Below are positions 55,331 through 64,000 of a stretch of DNA of 64,000 nt, one piece after another. Position 1 is the stretch's first letter. The number at the start of each line of letters is the position of its first letter. The translations under genes were made by a program, and so were the position numbers. Origin of the DNA: Gammaproteobacteria bacterium (GTDB lineage Bacteria; Pseudomonadota; Gammaproteobacteria; Eutrophobiales; Eutrophobiaceae); contig OZ244905.1 of the NCBI GenBank assembly GCA_965221695.1, forward strand, positions 1,120,001-1,184,000. Reading direction: 5' to 3'. The notes under the pieces are model-generated. The model worked only from the letters and a program-made list of their open reading frames with translations. It was not told the DNA's origin and made no database searches.

Positions 55331-55370
55331 TAAAATTTATTCTTCTTTCTTAGAAAACCTGAATAAATAT

Positions 55371-55399
55371 TTGACAAAACTGAATTTTCTGAATATTAT
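55371..55399 (+). promoter_or_regulatory. sigma70-type promoter for the RTX gene
   Basis: TTGACA-N17-TATTAT, about 50 bp upstream of ATG 55450. Confidence 0.65.
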
Positions 55400-55449
55400 T
55401 TGGTTACGACACCCTCTGTTTCCTTCACTTGACATAAGAGATATTGATT

Positions 55450-58400
55450 ATGGCAACTGTTAATGAAAACCCATCTCGGGATGCGTCGGCAAGTATCCAA
55501 ACCAGAGAAACGATGGCCGTTGGCGATACATTCAATGGCATCCTGTCCAATAAGTTCGATGAAGACTGGATAAAAATAGAACTGCAGAGGGGAACAACCT
55601 ACCAGATTAACCTCTCCGGCCGCGGAAAAAACGGCGATGAGGCGGAAGACACCATACTCATGCTGTTCGATGCCAAGGGAAATCACATCGCTACCAATGA
55701 TGATATCGATACCGCAAAAGGCGTATTTGACTCGCAGTTGACATTTACCCCGACGGCCAGTGGCGTCTACTACCTCAGCGCCAGCAGTTACTCTGCAAAT
55801 CCGAACAGGGACAATTCCGGCGCGTACGAGTTGACCGTTATCCTCAGCGGCGCCACGACACCAACACCTCCTCCAACACCGACACCCCCTCCAACACCAA
55901 CGCCCCCTCCCACCCCCACTCCGCCCCCGGACCCGGGTGCCGGGCCCGATATCATCGGAACCGGCGTCCGTGAAACGCTGAACGGCAGCGCGCGCGGGGA
56001 AACCATCAGGGGTCTTGGAGGCAGCGATACGCTCAACGGGCGCGGCGGTAACGACACGTTGGACGGCGGTGGCGGCGACGACACCTTGAATGGCGGCGCT
56101 GGCGCCGATGTGCTGATCGGCGGGACCGGCATTAATAGCGCGTCTTATGCCGATTCGCCCGACGGCGTCACCGTGCGTCTGCATAATGCGGTAGCCCGTG
56201 GAGGCGATGCGCAGGGCGACACGTTCGGGCGGTTCATCACCTGGACCTACACAGAGAATGGCGAGACCGTCTCGGTACAAACGCCCGATATTATCCACCT
56301 GACCGGTTCAGATGAAGACGATATTCTGGCCGGCGATGCCAGGGCGAATACCCTGCGCGGCGGTGAGGGCGACGATACGCTTTTCGGCGGGCCAGGCGGC
56401 AACCACACCAATGACGACAGGCTCTATGGTGATGACGGCGACGACAAGCTGTTTGGCGGTCTTGGCGATGACTGGTTGTACGGCGACGACGGCGACGATT
56501 TACTCAGTGGCGGCGACCATCAAGACACGCTCGACGGCGGCGATGACGATGACGAGTTATACGGCGGCGACGGCAACGATGAACTCAACGGCGGGAGGGG
56601 CGCAGACAGGCTGTTCGGCGAGGCAGGTAATGATGAACTACGTGGCAACCTGGGTAATGACGTCTTATCCGGCGGCGATGGCCGGGACGACCTGTACGGC
56701 GGTGACGGCCACGACAAACTGATTGGCGGCGACGGCAATGACGACATGGAGGGCCAGGATGGTGATGACATACTGGAAGGCGGTAGCGGCAATGACGACA
56801 TGGTTGGTGGCTTCGGCGATGACATCTTCAAGTTCAGTTTTGGCGCGGGGGACGATGTCATCGAAGATTTTACTCCCGGTGAAGACAGGATCGATCTGAC
56901 AACGATTTCCAGCATTAACGATTTTGACGATCTGGATATCAGCGAATTCGGCAACAATGTTCTGATTGAACTGCCGGGCCGCGCGGAACTGGTACTTGAA
57001 GGCGTGTTGCTCAGTCACCTGACTGAAGATGAGTTTATTTTCAGCGGCAGCCGTGATCCTGACCCCGACCCTGATCCGGATCCGGATCCGACGCCTGACC
57101 CTGACCCGGATCCCCCGGTAACGGGCGATCCTAACGCCGACCGCCTGCACGGCAGCAACAGTGGCGACAGCCTGGACGGCCGCGCCGGTAACGATGTGCT
57201 GTACGGCGGCCGCGGCAACGACACACTCAAGGGTGGCGCAGGGGTTGACAGCCTCGAAGGCGGCCCCGGTGATGACACTCTGATCGTCGATTACTTTGAT
57301 TTTACCGACGGCAAGACGCCGCCTGACGACGGCAACAGGACCATGGCGCAGGGCGTGATGGATGGCGGCGAGAATGACGACGGCAGCGCCGACGGCGATA
57401 CCTTGTCTTTCGCGGAATTCACGGATGAGGACGGCAACGGCGAGGGCGTTGGGGTAACCCTGGCAAACGATGGCGTGATCTACAAGGGCGATGTCGATAC
57501 CGGCGCTGCCGTTACGGGCTTTTACAAAAACATTGAGAACGTTATAGGCAGCCGTTACGGCGACAGGATCACGGGCGATGGCGCTGACAACGTGATAGAG
57601 GGTGGCCCCGGGATCGATACACTGAATGGCGGCAGCGGCACGGATACCGTTTCCTACCGCCATTCACCTAGCAGTGTTACCGTAACGATCAACGGCGAAG
57701 CGTTCAAAGGCGACGCGGCCGGCGACATCCTGAGTAATTTCGAAAATATTATCGGTTCCGCCTATAACGATATCCTGACCGGCGACCGGGGTAATAACGT
57801 GATGGAAGGACTGGCAGGCGCCGATACCCTGGACGGCGCAAGAGGCACGGATACCCTGTCCTACGCGAGTTCCAATAGTGGTGTCAGCATCAACCTGAAC
57901 CGGGGAACCGGCGATTTTGACGACCAGAACAACACCATCCTGACCAGCAGCGGTGGTCATGCCGCCGGCGACAAGGTCAAGTACGGCGCGTTCGCCAACG
58001 TCATTGGCTCCGCTCACCGGGACAACCTGACCGGCGACAATGACGCCAACACGCTGCACGGCGGCGACGGTAACGACACTTTGAACGGCGATGACGGCGA
58101 CGATCTCCTCAATGGCGGCCCCGGCGGCGACACGCTGGACGGCGGCGACGGCAACATGGATATTGCCACCTACGCAGAGGCCGGCGCCTCGGTGACCATC
58201 GATCTCTCCGGCAGTAGCGGCCGGGGCACCGGCGGCGATGCCCGCGGCGATACCTATAGAAATATCGAAAAGTACGTGGGTTCCGCTTTCGACGACATCT
58301 TCATCGCCGGCAAAAACCCCGACAATTTCGACGGCGGCAACGGTTCGGATACCGTTTCCTACATCAGGTCCGGCGTCGCGGTCGCGGTGGACCTGACAGA

Positions 58401-60909
58401 CCGCGATGGGCAGGACGCGACGGGTGATTTTGATAATGAGGATAACTACGCAAAGGGAGACACACTAACCAGCATCGAAAACATTATCGGTTCCGATGTC
58501 AGCGCCGGCGATAGCAACGCCACCCACGACAACCTTGAAGGCAACAGCGGCGCCAATGTCATAGACGCGCGCGCGGGCAACGACCTCGTAGACGGCGGCG
58601 CCGGCGACGACACGATCACCGGCGGGCGCGGTAGCGACACGCTTACCGGCGGCGCTGGCGCCGATACGTTCGTCTTCGCCTCCGGCGACGGTAAGGATAC
58701 CATTACAGACTTCAGCATAGGCACGGATAAAATAGACCTGAGCGCTTACCGCAACCTCGATTTTGTCACCGCAAAAGAGGGGGACGCGAACACCATCGAC
58801 CTGCCGGGCAACGACGAGATTACGCTGAACGGCGTGAGTGTGGACAGACTGGGCGCGGATGACGTGATTTTCTACAACCGTGACGCCGACAACGTGTTGA
58901 GCGGCAACAGCGACGGCAACCTCATCTGGGGCGGCGGAGGCGATGACAGGATCGACGGGCGCGGTGGCGCGGACACCATCAATGGTGGTCCGGGCGATGA
59001 CGACCTCATCGGTGGCGCCGGCAACGATACCATCAATGGCAATGCAGGGGATGACACCATTGAAGGCAGCGACGGCGCGGATAACATGAACGGCGGCGAT
59101 GGCATCGACACCCTGTCGTATGCAGGCTCGCCGCAGCGCACTGGCGATCGTAACGCGGCGGACTATATTTCCGGCGTGACGGTGACATTGAACGGCTCTG
59201 CCAGTGGCCCCGGCACCGATGCGGAGACCACTGACGGCACGACTACCACTTCGGATACCAGCGCAGGTTTCGAGAATCTTACCGGCAGCCGCTACGATGA
59301 CTCACTGACCGGCGACGGCGGGGCCAACGTCATCAAGGGCGGCAGCGGCAACGACATGCTTGACGGTGGCGGCGGCGCCGACACCCTGGAAGGCGGCCCG
59401 GGCGCTGACACGATTACCGCTAGCGGCAGCGATGACTTCCTGTCCTATGAAGGCTCCAACTCCAGTGTCCGGATCGACCTGAGCGCAGGCGCTACGACGG
59501 ACAATATCACCTACATCGAGACTGCCAGCGGCGGCGACGCCTCGGGCGACAAGATCACGCATGGGCAGTTCCTGAACATTATCGGTTCCCGCTCCAGCGA
59601 CACGCTGACCGGCGACGACGGCAACGCCGACAACAATATCCTGGACGGGCGCGCCGGCAACGACACCCTGACCGGCCACGGCGGCAACGATACCCTGACA
59701 GGCGGAACAGGCAACGACACGTTGCGGGGCGGCGAAGGCAATGACACCCTGGACGGCGGTCCGGGCAGAGACAGCCTGGACGGCGGCGGTTCGGACGCGA
59801 ATCCGGGGACGGATACCGCAACCTACGCCAGCGCGACGGCAAGCGTGACCGTGGACCTGGACAGCGGCAACAGCGGAGGCGGCGACGCCGAAGGCGACAC
59901 CTACGACGGGATTGAAAAATATCTCGGCTCTGCGCACAACGATGTGTTTATCGCCGGGAAGAATGCACATGATATTAACGGCGGTGACGGTTCGGACACC
60001 GTGTCCTACGAAAGGTCGAGCGGCGCGGTCGAGGTGGATCTGACAGACCGCGATGGGCAGGACGCCACGGGTGATTTTGATAATGAGAACAACTATGCCA
60101 GGGGAGATACGCTGACCGGTATCGAAAACATCACCGGTTCAAACTACGACGACGACCTGACTGCCGGCAATGGCGGGAGCGTCATCGACGGCAACAGGGG
60201 CGATGATGATCTGACCAGCGGGCCCGGCGCCGACATTTTCGTATTTGTCAGTGGCGATGGTGATGACGAGGTGTTCGGTTTCTCCAAGGATTCAGACAAG
60301 ATCGACCTCAGCGGATTTTCCAGCATCGCCTCCATGGCTGACCTGGACATCAGCCCGGTGGGCGTGAATGATGCCAATACAGAAATTGATTTGCCCGGCA
60401 ATGGCGAGATCACGCTTTACGGGATAACTGAAGCTGACCTGAGCGCTGACAACTTCATTTTTTACGACCGGTCCGTCAACGGCTCCAGCGGCGGCAACAT
60501 CCTCAAAGGTGACAACTACAACAACACCATAGACGGACAGGGCGGCAACGACCGTATCTTTGGCGAAGCCGGCAGAGATGTCCTCAAGGGCGGTTCCGGT
60601 GACGATGAAATGTATGGCGGCGAGGACAATGACATCCTCGATGGCGGCGCCGATAACGACCTGATGGATGGCGGCCCCGGCGAAGACACCTTCGTGTTTG
60701 CCCCCGGACATGGCAACGACCACATCATGGACTTCACCAGGGGGTCTGACGTCATAGACCTGACCGCGTTTGCCCTGATTGATGACTTCTCTGACCTGAC
60801 AACGAGACGGGATGGGGATAACCTGGTCATTGACCTGTCTGCTTATGACAGCGGAACCATCACCTTGTTGGGTGTCACCAGTATTGATGGCAACGACTTC
60901 TTGTTTTAG
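55450..60909 (+). CDS. large RTX (hemolysin-type Ca2+-binding repeat) surface/secreted protein with N-terminal PPC-like domain
   Basis: Dozens of GGxGxDxLx nonapeptides, Pro-Thr and Asp-Pro linkers, IEN(I/V)IGS blocks, C-terminal NDFLF; no Sec signal peptide. Confidence 0.92.
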   Translation: MATVNENPSRDASASIQTRETMAVGDTFNGILSNKFDEDWIKIELQRGTTYQINLSGRGKNGDEAEDTILMLFDAKGNHIATNDDIDTAKGVFDSQLTFTPTASGVYYLSASSYSANPNRDNSGAYELTVILSGATTPTPPPTPTPPPTPTPPPTPTPPPDPGAGPDIIGTGVRETLNGSARGETIRGLGGSDTLNGRGGNDTLDGGGGDDTLNGGAGADVLIGGTGINSASYADSPDGVTVRLHNAVARGGDAQGDTFGRFITWTYTENGETVSVQTPDIIHLTGSDEDDILAGDARANTLRGGEGDDTLFGGPGGNHTNDDRLYGDDGDDKLFGGLGDDWLYGDDGDDLLSGGDHQDTLDGGDDDDELYGGDGNDELNGGRGADRLFGEAGNDELRGNLGNDVLSGGDGRDDLYGGDGHDKLIGGDGNDDMEGQDGDDILEGGSGNDDMVGGFGDDIFKFSFGAGDDVIEDFTPGEDRIDLTTISSINDFDDLDISEFGNNVLIELPGRAELVLEGVLLSHLTEDEFIFSGSRDPDPDPDPDPDPTPDPDPDPPVTGDPNADRLHGSNSGDSLDGRAGNDVLYGGRGNDTLKGGAGVDSLEGGPGDDTLIVDYFDFTDGKTPPDDGNRTMAQGVMDGGENDDGSADGDTLSFAEFTDEDGNGEGVGVTLANDGVIYKGDVDTGAAVTGFYKNIENVIGSRYGDRITGDGADNVIEGGPGIDTLNGGSGTDTVSYRHSPSSVTVTINGEAFKGDAAGDILSNFENIIGSAYNDILTGDRGNNVMEGLAGADTLDGARGTDTLSYASSNSGVSINLNRGTGDFDDQNNTILTSSGGHAAGDKVKYGAFANVIGSAHRDNLTGDNDANTLHGGDGNDTLNGDDGDDLLNGGPGGDTLDGGDGNMDIATYAEAGASVTIDLSGSSGRGTGGDARGDTYRNIEKYVGSAFDDIFIAGKNPDNFDGGNGSDTVSYIRSGVAVAVDLTDRDGQDATGDFDNEDNYAKGDTLTSIENIIGSDVSAGDSNATHDNLEGNSGANVIDARAGNDLVDGGAGDDTITGGRGSDTLTGGAGADTFVFASGDGKDTITDFSIGTDKIDLSAYRNLDFVTAKEGDANTIDLPGNDEITLNGVSVDRLGADDVIFYNRDADNVLSGNSDGNLIWGGGGDDRIDGRGGADTINGGPGDDDLIGGAGNDTINGNAGDDTIEGSDGADNMNGGDGIDTLSYAGSPQRTGDRNAADYISGVTVTLNGSASGPGTDAETTDGTTTTSDTSAGFENLTGSRYDDSLTGDGGANVIKGGSGNDMLDGGGGADTLEGGPGADTITASGSDDFLSYEGSNSSVRIDLSAGATTDNITYIETASGGDASGDKITHGQFLNIIGSRSSDTLTGDDGNADNNILDGRAGNDTLTGHGGNDTLTGGTGNDTLRGGEGNDTLDGGPGRDSLDGGGSDANPGTDTATYASATASVTVDLDSGNSGGGDAEGDTYDGIEKYLGSAHNDVFIAGKNAHDINGGDGSDTVSYERSSGAVEVDLTDRDGQDATGDFDNENNYARGDTLTGIENITGSNYDDDLTAGNGGSVIDGNRGDDDLTSGPGADIFVFVSGDGDDEVFGFSKDSDKIDLSGFSSIASMADLDISPVGVNDANTEIDLPGNGEITLYGITEADLSADNFIFYDRSVNGSSGGNILKGDNYNNTIDGQGGNDRIFGEAGRDVLKGGSGDDEMYGGEDNDILDGGADNDLMDGGPGEDTFVFAPGHGNDHIMDFTRGSDVIDLTAFALIDDFSDLTTRRDGDNLVIDLSAYDSGTITLLGVTSIDGNDFLF
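55858..55935 (+). repeat. Pro/Thr linker repeat within the RTX gene
   Basis: (TPTPPP)x4 with synonymous variation. Confidence 0.85.
57054..57117 (+). repeat. Asp-Pro linker repeat within the RTX gene
   Basis: DPDPDPDPDPDPTPDPDPDPP. Confidence 0.85.
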
Positions 60910-60948
60910 TCCGAATATCTTACCAATTGATGCGCCAATCTGACCTTG

Positions 60949-60990
60949 GGAAGCTCTGAACAAGTCCATCGTGGACTTGTCAGAGGTTCC
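60949..60990 (+). mobile_element. 42-bp MITE copy between the convergent RTX gene and parE
   Basis: CTTG-GGAAGCTCTGAACAAGTCCATCGTGGACTTGTCAGAGGTTCC, ending 1 bp from the parE stop. Confidence 0.8.
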
Positions 60991-60991
60991 C

Positions 60992-62878
60992 CTATATCGT
61001 CGCCAGGTCGCCTTTGCGTTCCAGCCAGTCCTTACGGTCCGGGGCGCGTTTCTTTGCCAGCAGCATGTCCATCATCCGGTCTGACTGATCGTCTTCCGGC
61101 AAAGTAAGTTGGACCAGCCGGCGGGTTTCCGGCGCCATCGCCGACTCGCGCAATTGCATGGGGTTCATCTCCCCCAGTCCTTTGAAACGTTGGACATTGA
61201 CCGCGCCCTTTATCTTCTCCGCGGCGATACGGTCGAGCACACCGGATTTTTCCGCATCGTCCAGCGCGTAGAAGACTTCCTTGCCCACATCGATGCGGTA
61301 CAGGGGCGGCATCGCCACATACACATGTCCGGCGCGCACCAGCGGGCGAAAATGCTTAAGGAACAGCGCGCACAGCAGGGTGGCGATATGCAGGCCGTCG
61401 GAATCGGCATCGGCCAGGATACAGATGCGGCCGTAGCGCAACCGGGACAGGTCATCGGAACCCGGGTCCACGCCCAGGGCCACCGAGATATCGTGGACTT
61501 CCTTTGAGGACAGCACTTCACCCGGTTCCACTTCCCAGGTATTCAGGATCTTGCCCCGCAACGGCATGACGGCCTGGAATTCCCGATCCCGTGCTTGCTT
61601 GGCGGAACCACCGGCAGAATCGCCCTCCACCAGGAACAACTCGCTGTTTTCGGCGGACTGGCTGGCGCAGTCCGCGAGCTTGCCCGGCAACGCCGGTCCA
61701 CTGGTGATCTTCTTGCGCACGACGCTCTTGCCGGCTTTCAACCGGTTCTGGGCATGCCGGATTGCCAGTTCGGCGATCCTCTCGCCGGTCTCCACATGCT
61801 GGTGCAGCCACTGGCTTAGGGCATCGCGCACCACCCCGGAAACGAAGGTGGAACATTCCCTGGAAGCCAACCTTTCCTTGGTCTGCCCCAGGAACTGGGG
61901 ATTGTCCAACTTTACCGAGAGCAGGTAAGCGCAGCGGTCCCAGACATCCTCTGCGCTCAGCTTGACGCCGCGGGGTAGCAGGTTGCGCGATTCGCAGAAC
62001 TCCCGCAAGGCCTCCAGCATGCCCTGGCGCAGGCCGTTCACATGGGTGCCGCCCTGGGTGGTGGGCACCAGGTTCACGTAACTCTCCGTGATTAGGTCGC
62101 CGGGTTCAGGCAGCCAATGTACCGCCCAATCCACTTGTTCGTCATTGCCTTGCATATGGCCTTTAAACGGCTCCACAGGCAGTAATTCAACGCCGGACAG
62201 CATGCTGGACAGGTAAGCGCTGACGCCGTCCTCGTAGCGCCACTCCACCTGTTCGCCGGCGGCTTCATCATTGAGACTGACCATCAGACCGGGACATAAC
62301 ACCGCCTTGGCGCGCAACAGGTGTTTGAGCTTCGCTCTTGCCACCGAGACGGTATCGAAGTAAGCCGGGTCGGGCCAAAAGCGCAGGGTGGTGCCGGTGT
62401 TGCGTTTGCCGACCTCCGCTATCACCTCAAGCGGACTGACGCGCTTGCCATCGACAAAAGCCATATTGTATTCCTTACCGTCGCGCTTGACCCAGACCTC
62501 CAGGTGTTTCGACAAGCCGTTGACCACGGACACACCCACGCCATGCAAGCCGCCGGAGAAGCGGTAGTTCTTGTCGGAGAACTTGCCCCCGGCATGCAAA
62601 CGGGTCAGCGCCACTTCCACGCCCGGGAGTTTCTCGCCCGGGTGTACGTCCACGGGCATGCCCCTGCCGTTGTCCGCGACGGTGATGGAATTATCCTTAT
62701 GCAAGGTAACTTCAACCTTGTCGGCATGGCCGATAATGGCTTCATCGACGCTGTTGTCGACCACTTCCTGCACCAGGTGATTGGGCCGCGTGGTATCCGT
62801 GTACATGCCCGGCCGTTTGCGCACTGGTTCAAGACCGGTGAGTACTTCGATATCGGCAGCGGCGTAGGTGTCAGCCAT
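60992..62878 (-). CDS. parE: DNA topoisomerase IV subunit B
   Basis: GLEPVRKRPGMY, EVVDNSVDE, GGLHGVG, EGDSAGG, PLRGKILN, DADSDG. Confidence 0.97.
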   Translation of the reverse strand: MADTYAAADIEVLTGLEPVRKRPGMYTDTTRPNHLVQEVVDNSVDEAIIGHADKVEVTLHKDNSITVADNGRGMPVDVHPGEKLPGVEVALTRLHAGGKFSDKNYRFSGGLHGVGVSVVNGLSKHLEVWVKRDGKEYNMAFVDGKRVSPLEVIAEVGKRNTGTTLRFWPDPAYFDTVSVARAKLKHLLRAKAVLCPGLMVSLNDEAAGEQVEWRYEDGVSAYLSSMLSGVELLPVEPFKGHMQGNDEQVDWAVHWLPEPGDLITESYVNLVPTTQGGTHVNGLRQGMLEALREFCESRNLLPRGVKLSAEDVWDRCAYLLSVKLDNPQFLGQTKERLASRECSTFVSGVVRDALSQWLHQHVETGERIAELAIRHAQNRLKAGKSVVRKKITSGPALPGKLADCASQSAENSELFLVEGDSAGGSAKQARDREFQAVMPLRGKILNTWEVEPGEVLSSKEVHDISVALGVDPGSDDLSRLRYGRICILADADSDGLHIATLLCALFLKHFRPLVRAGHVYVAMPPLYRIDVGKEVFYALDDAEKSGVLDRIAAEKIKGAVNVQRFKGLGEMNPMQLRESAMAPETRRLVQLTLPEDDQSDRMMDMLLAKKRAPDRKDWLERKGDLATI

Positions 62879-62955
62879 GGGCGTCGTCGGATTATAATGG
62901 ATTGCTGCCCCTGCTTACAGCGCACAAACCCAACCCTGCGCCGGAATGAAAACCA

Positions 62956-63546
62956 CTATGCGGTTAAATCGCCGACCAGCGATGCGCGTATTGCCGTAGC
63001 GATGGGCGCTACCTGGCAAGTATAGTCCGCATGGCTGATACCGGCGGAAATTTCCGCACCCTGTTGCAGCGCGCTGATATCCTCCGGCGACAACTCAAAG
63101 CGCATGAAGTGCACGGATGAAGTCTTGGCTCCGGTCGCGCGTTCGAGATCTTCATCGCAAACCGGCACAATAACCGGACCGGCGCCCACGCGCATCCAGA
63201 CACAGTCTTCTACGCCGACCAGTTTTGCCAGCATCTCCCTGCGCTCGGTAGGGTCATCGTATTCCAGCATGAATGTGGCCTTCCAGTTGTGCCCATCCGG
63301 GATTAGCGGATTATAGGCCGCCAGTTCCTCTTCGATCGCGTCGCGCTCGAAGATTCTCTCAATGCGCAGCATCTCCTGTACCTGGTAGTGGATGGTGAGG
63401 CGATCTTCAAAATACAGGTTGGCGTTGGCGCCCAGCGCCAGCCGCCGCGCCTTTTTGTGCTGCATTACCCTGGCGCGGAAATCGCTGCGTACCTGCGAAT
63501 ATTTCTCCAGCGTGAAGAGGTCTTCCCTGTTCAGTTTTGCCGGCAT
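62956..63546 (-). CDS. DUF3501 family protein
   Basis: LEKYSQVR..FR, FEDRLTI.YQVQEMLRIE, YNPLIPDG.NWKAT, KTSSVHFMRF; ATG 63546. Confidence 0.88.
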   Translation of the reverse strand: MPAKLNREDLFTLEKYSQVRSDFRARVMQHKKARRLALGANANLYFEDRLTIHYQVQEMLRIERIFERDAIEEELAAYNPLIPDGHNWKATFMLEYDDPTERREMLAKLVGVEDCVWMRVGAGPVIVPVCDEDLERATGAKTSSVHFMRFELSPEDISALQQGAEISAGISHADYTCQVAPIATAIRASLVGDLTA

Positions 63547-63547
63547 T

Positions 63548-64000
63548 TCACAAACCGTAAGCAGTCTTGAGTAGGGAAAAAGCGGATTCGGCTGCGCCCG
63601 GATCATCTTTCCCCATGCCGTTTTCAATCTGTGCGCCCGCCATCGGACAATCGCTGACATAATGATCTGCCTGTGCCTGCTTGACCTTGTTCACCACCGG
63701 ACGGCAGATTTTTTTGGAAATTTCGTGACTCTCGGCCTTCACTGCGTAGGTGCCGTCATGGCCGGAGCAGCGTTCGATTACCTCGATTTGGGTATCCGGC
63801 GCCAGCGCCAGTACATCGCGGGTCTTCAGCCCGATATTCTGCACCCGCTGGTGACAGGGCGCGTGGTAGACGATTTTGCCCAGGGATTGCCTGAAATCGG
63901 TCTTCAGCTTCCCCTCCTTATGGCGCAGCATCAGGTATTCAAACGGGTCATAAAATGCCTGCCGCACCTTCTCCACCTGCTCATCATCGGGGAACATCAG
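63548..64000 (-). CDS. CCG-domain Fe-S oxidoreductase (rubrerythrin-associated type), 5' end outside the window
   Basis: YHAPCHQRVQNIG, ERCSGHDGTY, SDCPMA; adjacent to DUF3501. Confidence 0.8.
   Translation of the reverse strand: MMFPDDEQVEKVRQAFYDPFEYLMLRHKEGKLKTDFRQSLGKIVYHAPCHQRVQNIGLKTRDVLALAPDTQIEVIERCSGHDGTYAVKAESHEISKKICRPVVNKVKQAQADHYVSDCPMAGAQIENGMGKDDPGAAESAFSLLKTAYGL

Overview
This is a 64-kb chromosomal segment of a GC-rich gammaproteobacterium, probably marine or host-associated (inferred from gene content only). Most of it is housekeeping and metabolic genes: purine catabolism (adenine deaminase, uraH, xdhA, xdhB), gmk-rpoZ-spoT-recG-ubiA, coaX/birA, cysH/cysB/TauE-family exporter, ETF-QO, a six-gene TonB2/Ttp-type operon, rng-yhdP-mnmA, acnA, tsaB, gcvH, cpdA, asnS, atoE, a TonB-dependent receptor, yoaA, efp, parC/parE and a DUF3501/Fe-S oxidoreductase pair. 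I saw no rRNA, tRNA, CRISPR array, transposase or integrase. The main unexplained signal is intergenic. About ten copies (27-223 bp) of an IS5-like MITE occur with 4-bp target duplications, and the MITE is built from stacked hairpins. Its longest copy shows four GGA-loop stem-loops, one matching the CsrA/RsmA consensus RUACARGGAUGU exactly, so it may be a mobile CsrB-like RNA cassette (inference). That copy is nested inside a second, REP/dRS3-like palindromic repeat family. Each repeat family has supplied the stop codon of a core gene (mnmA, coaX). Other oddities are a 1819-aa RTX protein splitting parE from parC with MITE ends on both sides, a tightly coupled MBL hydrolase-Rieske oxygenase-alpha-hydroxy acid dehydrogenase-NrtS-Tag operon, several small gene remnants and shuffled housekeeping synteny. 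Family assignments come from recalled motifs; no database searches were run.
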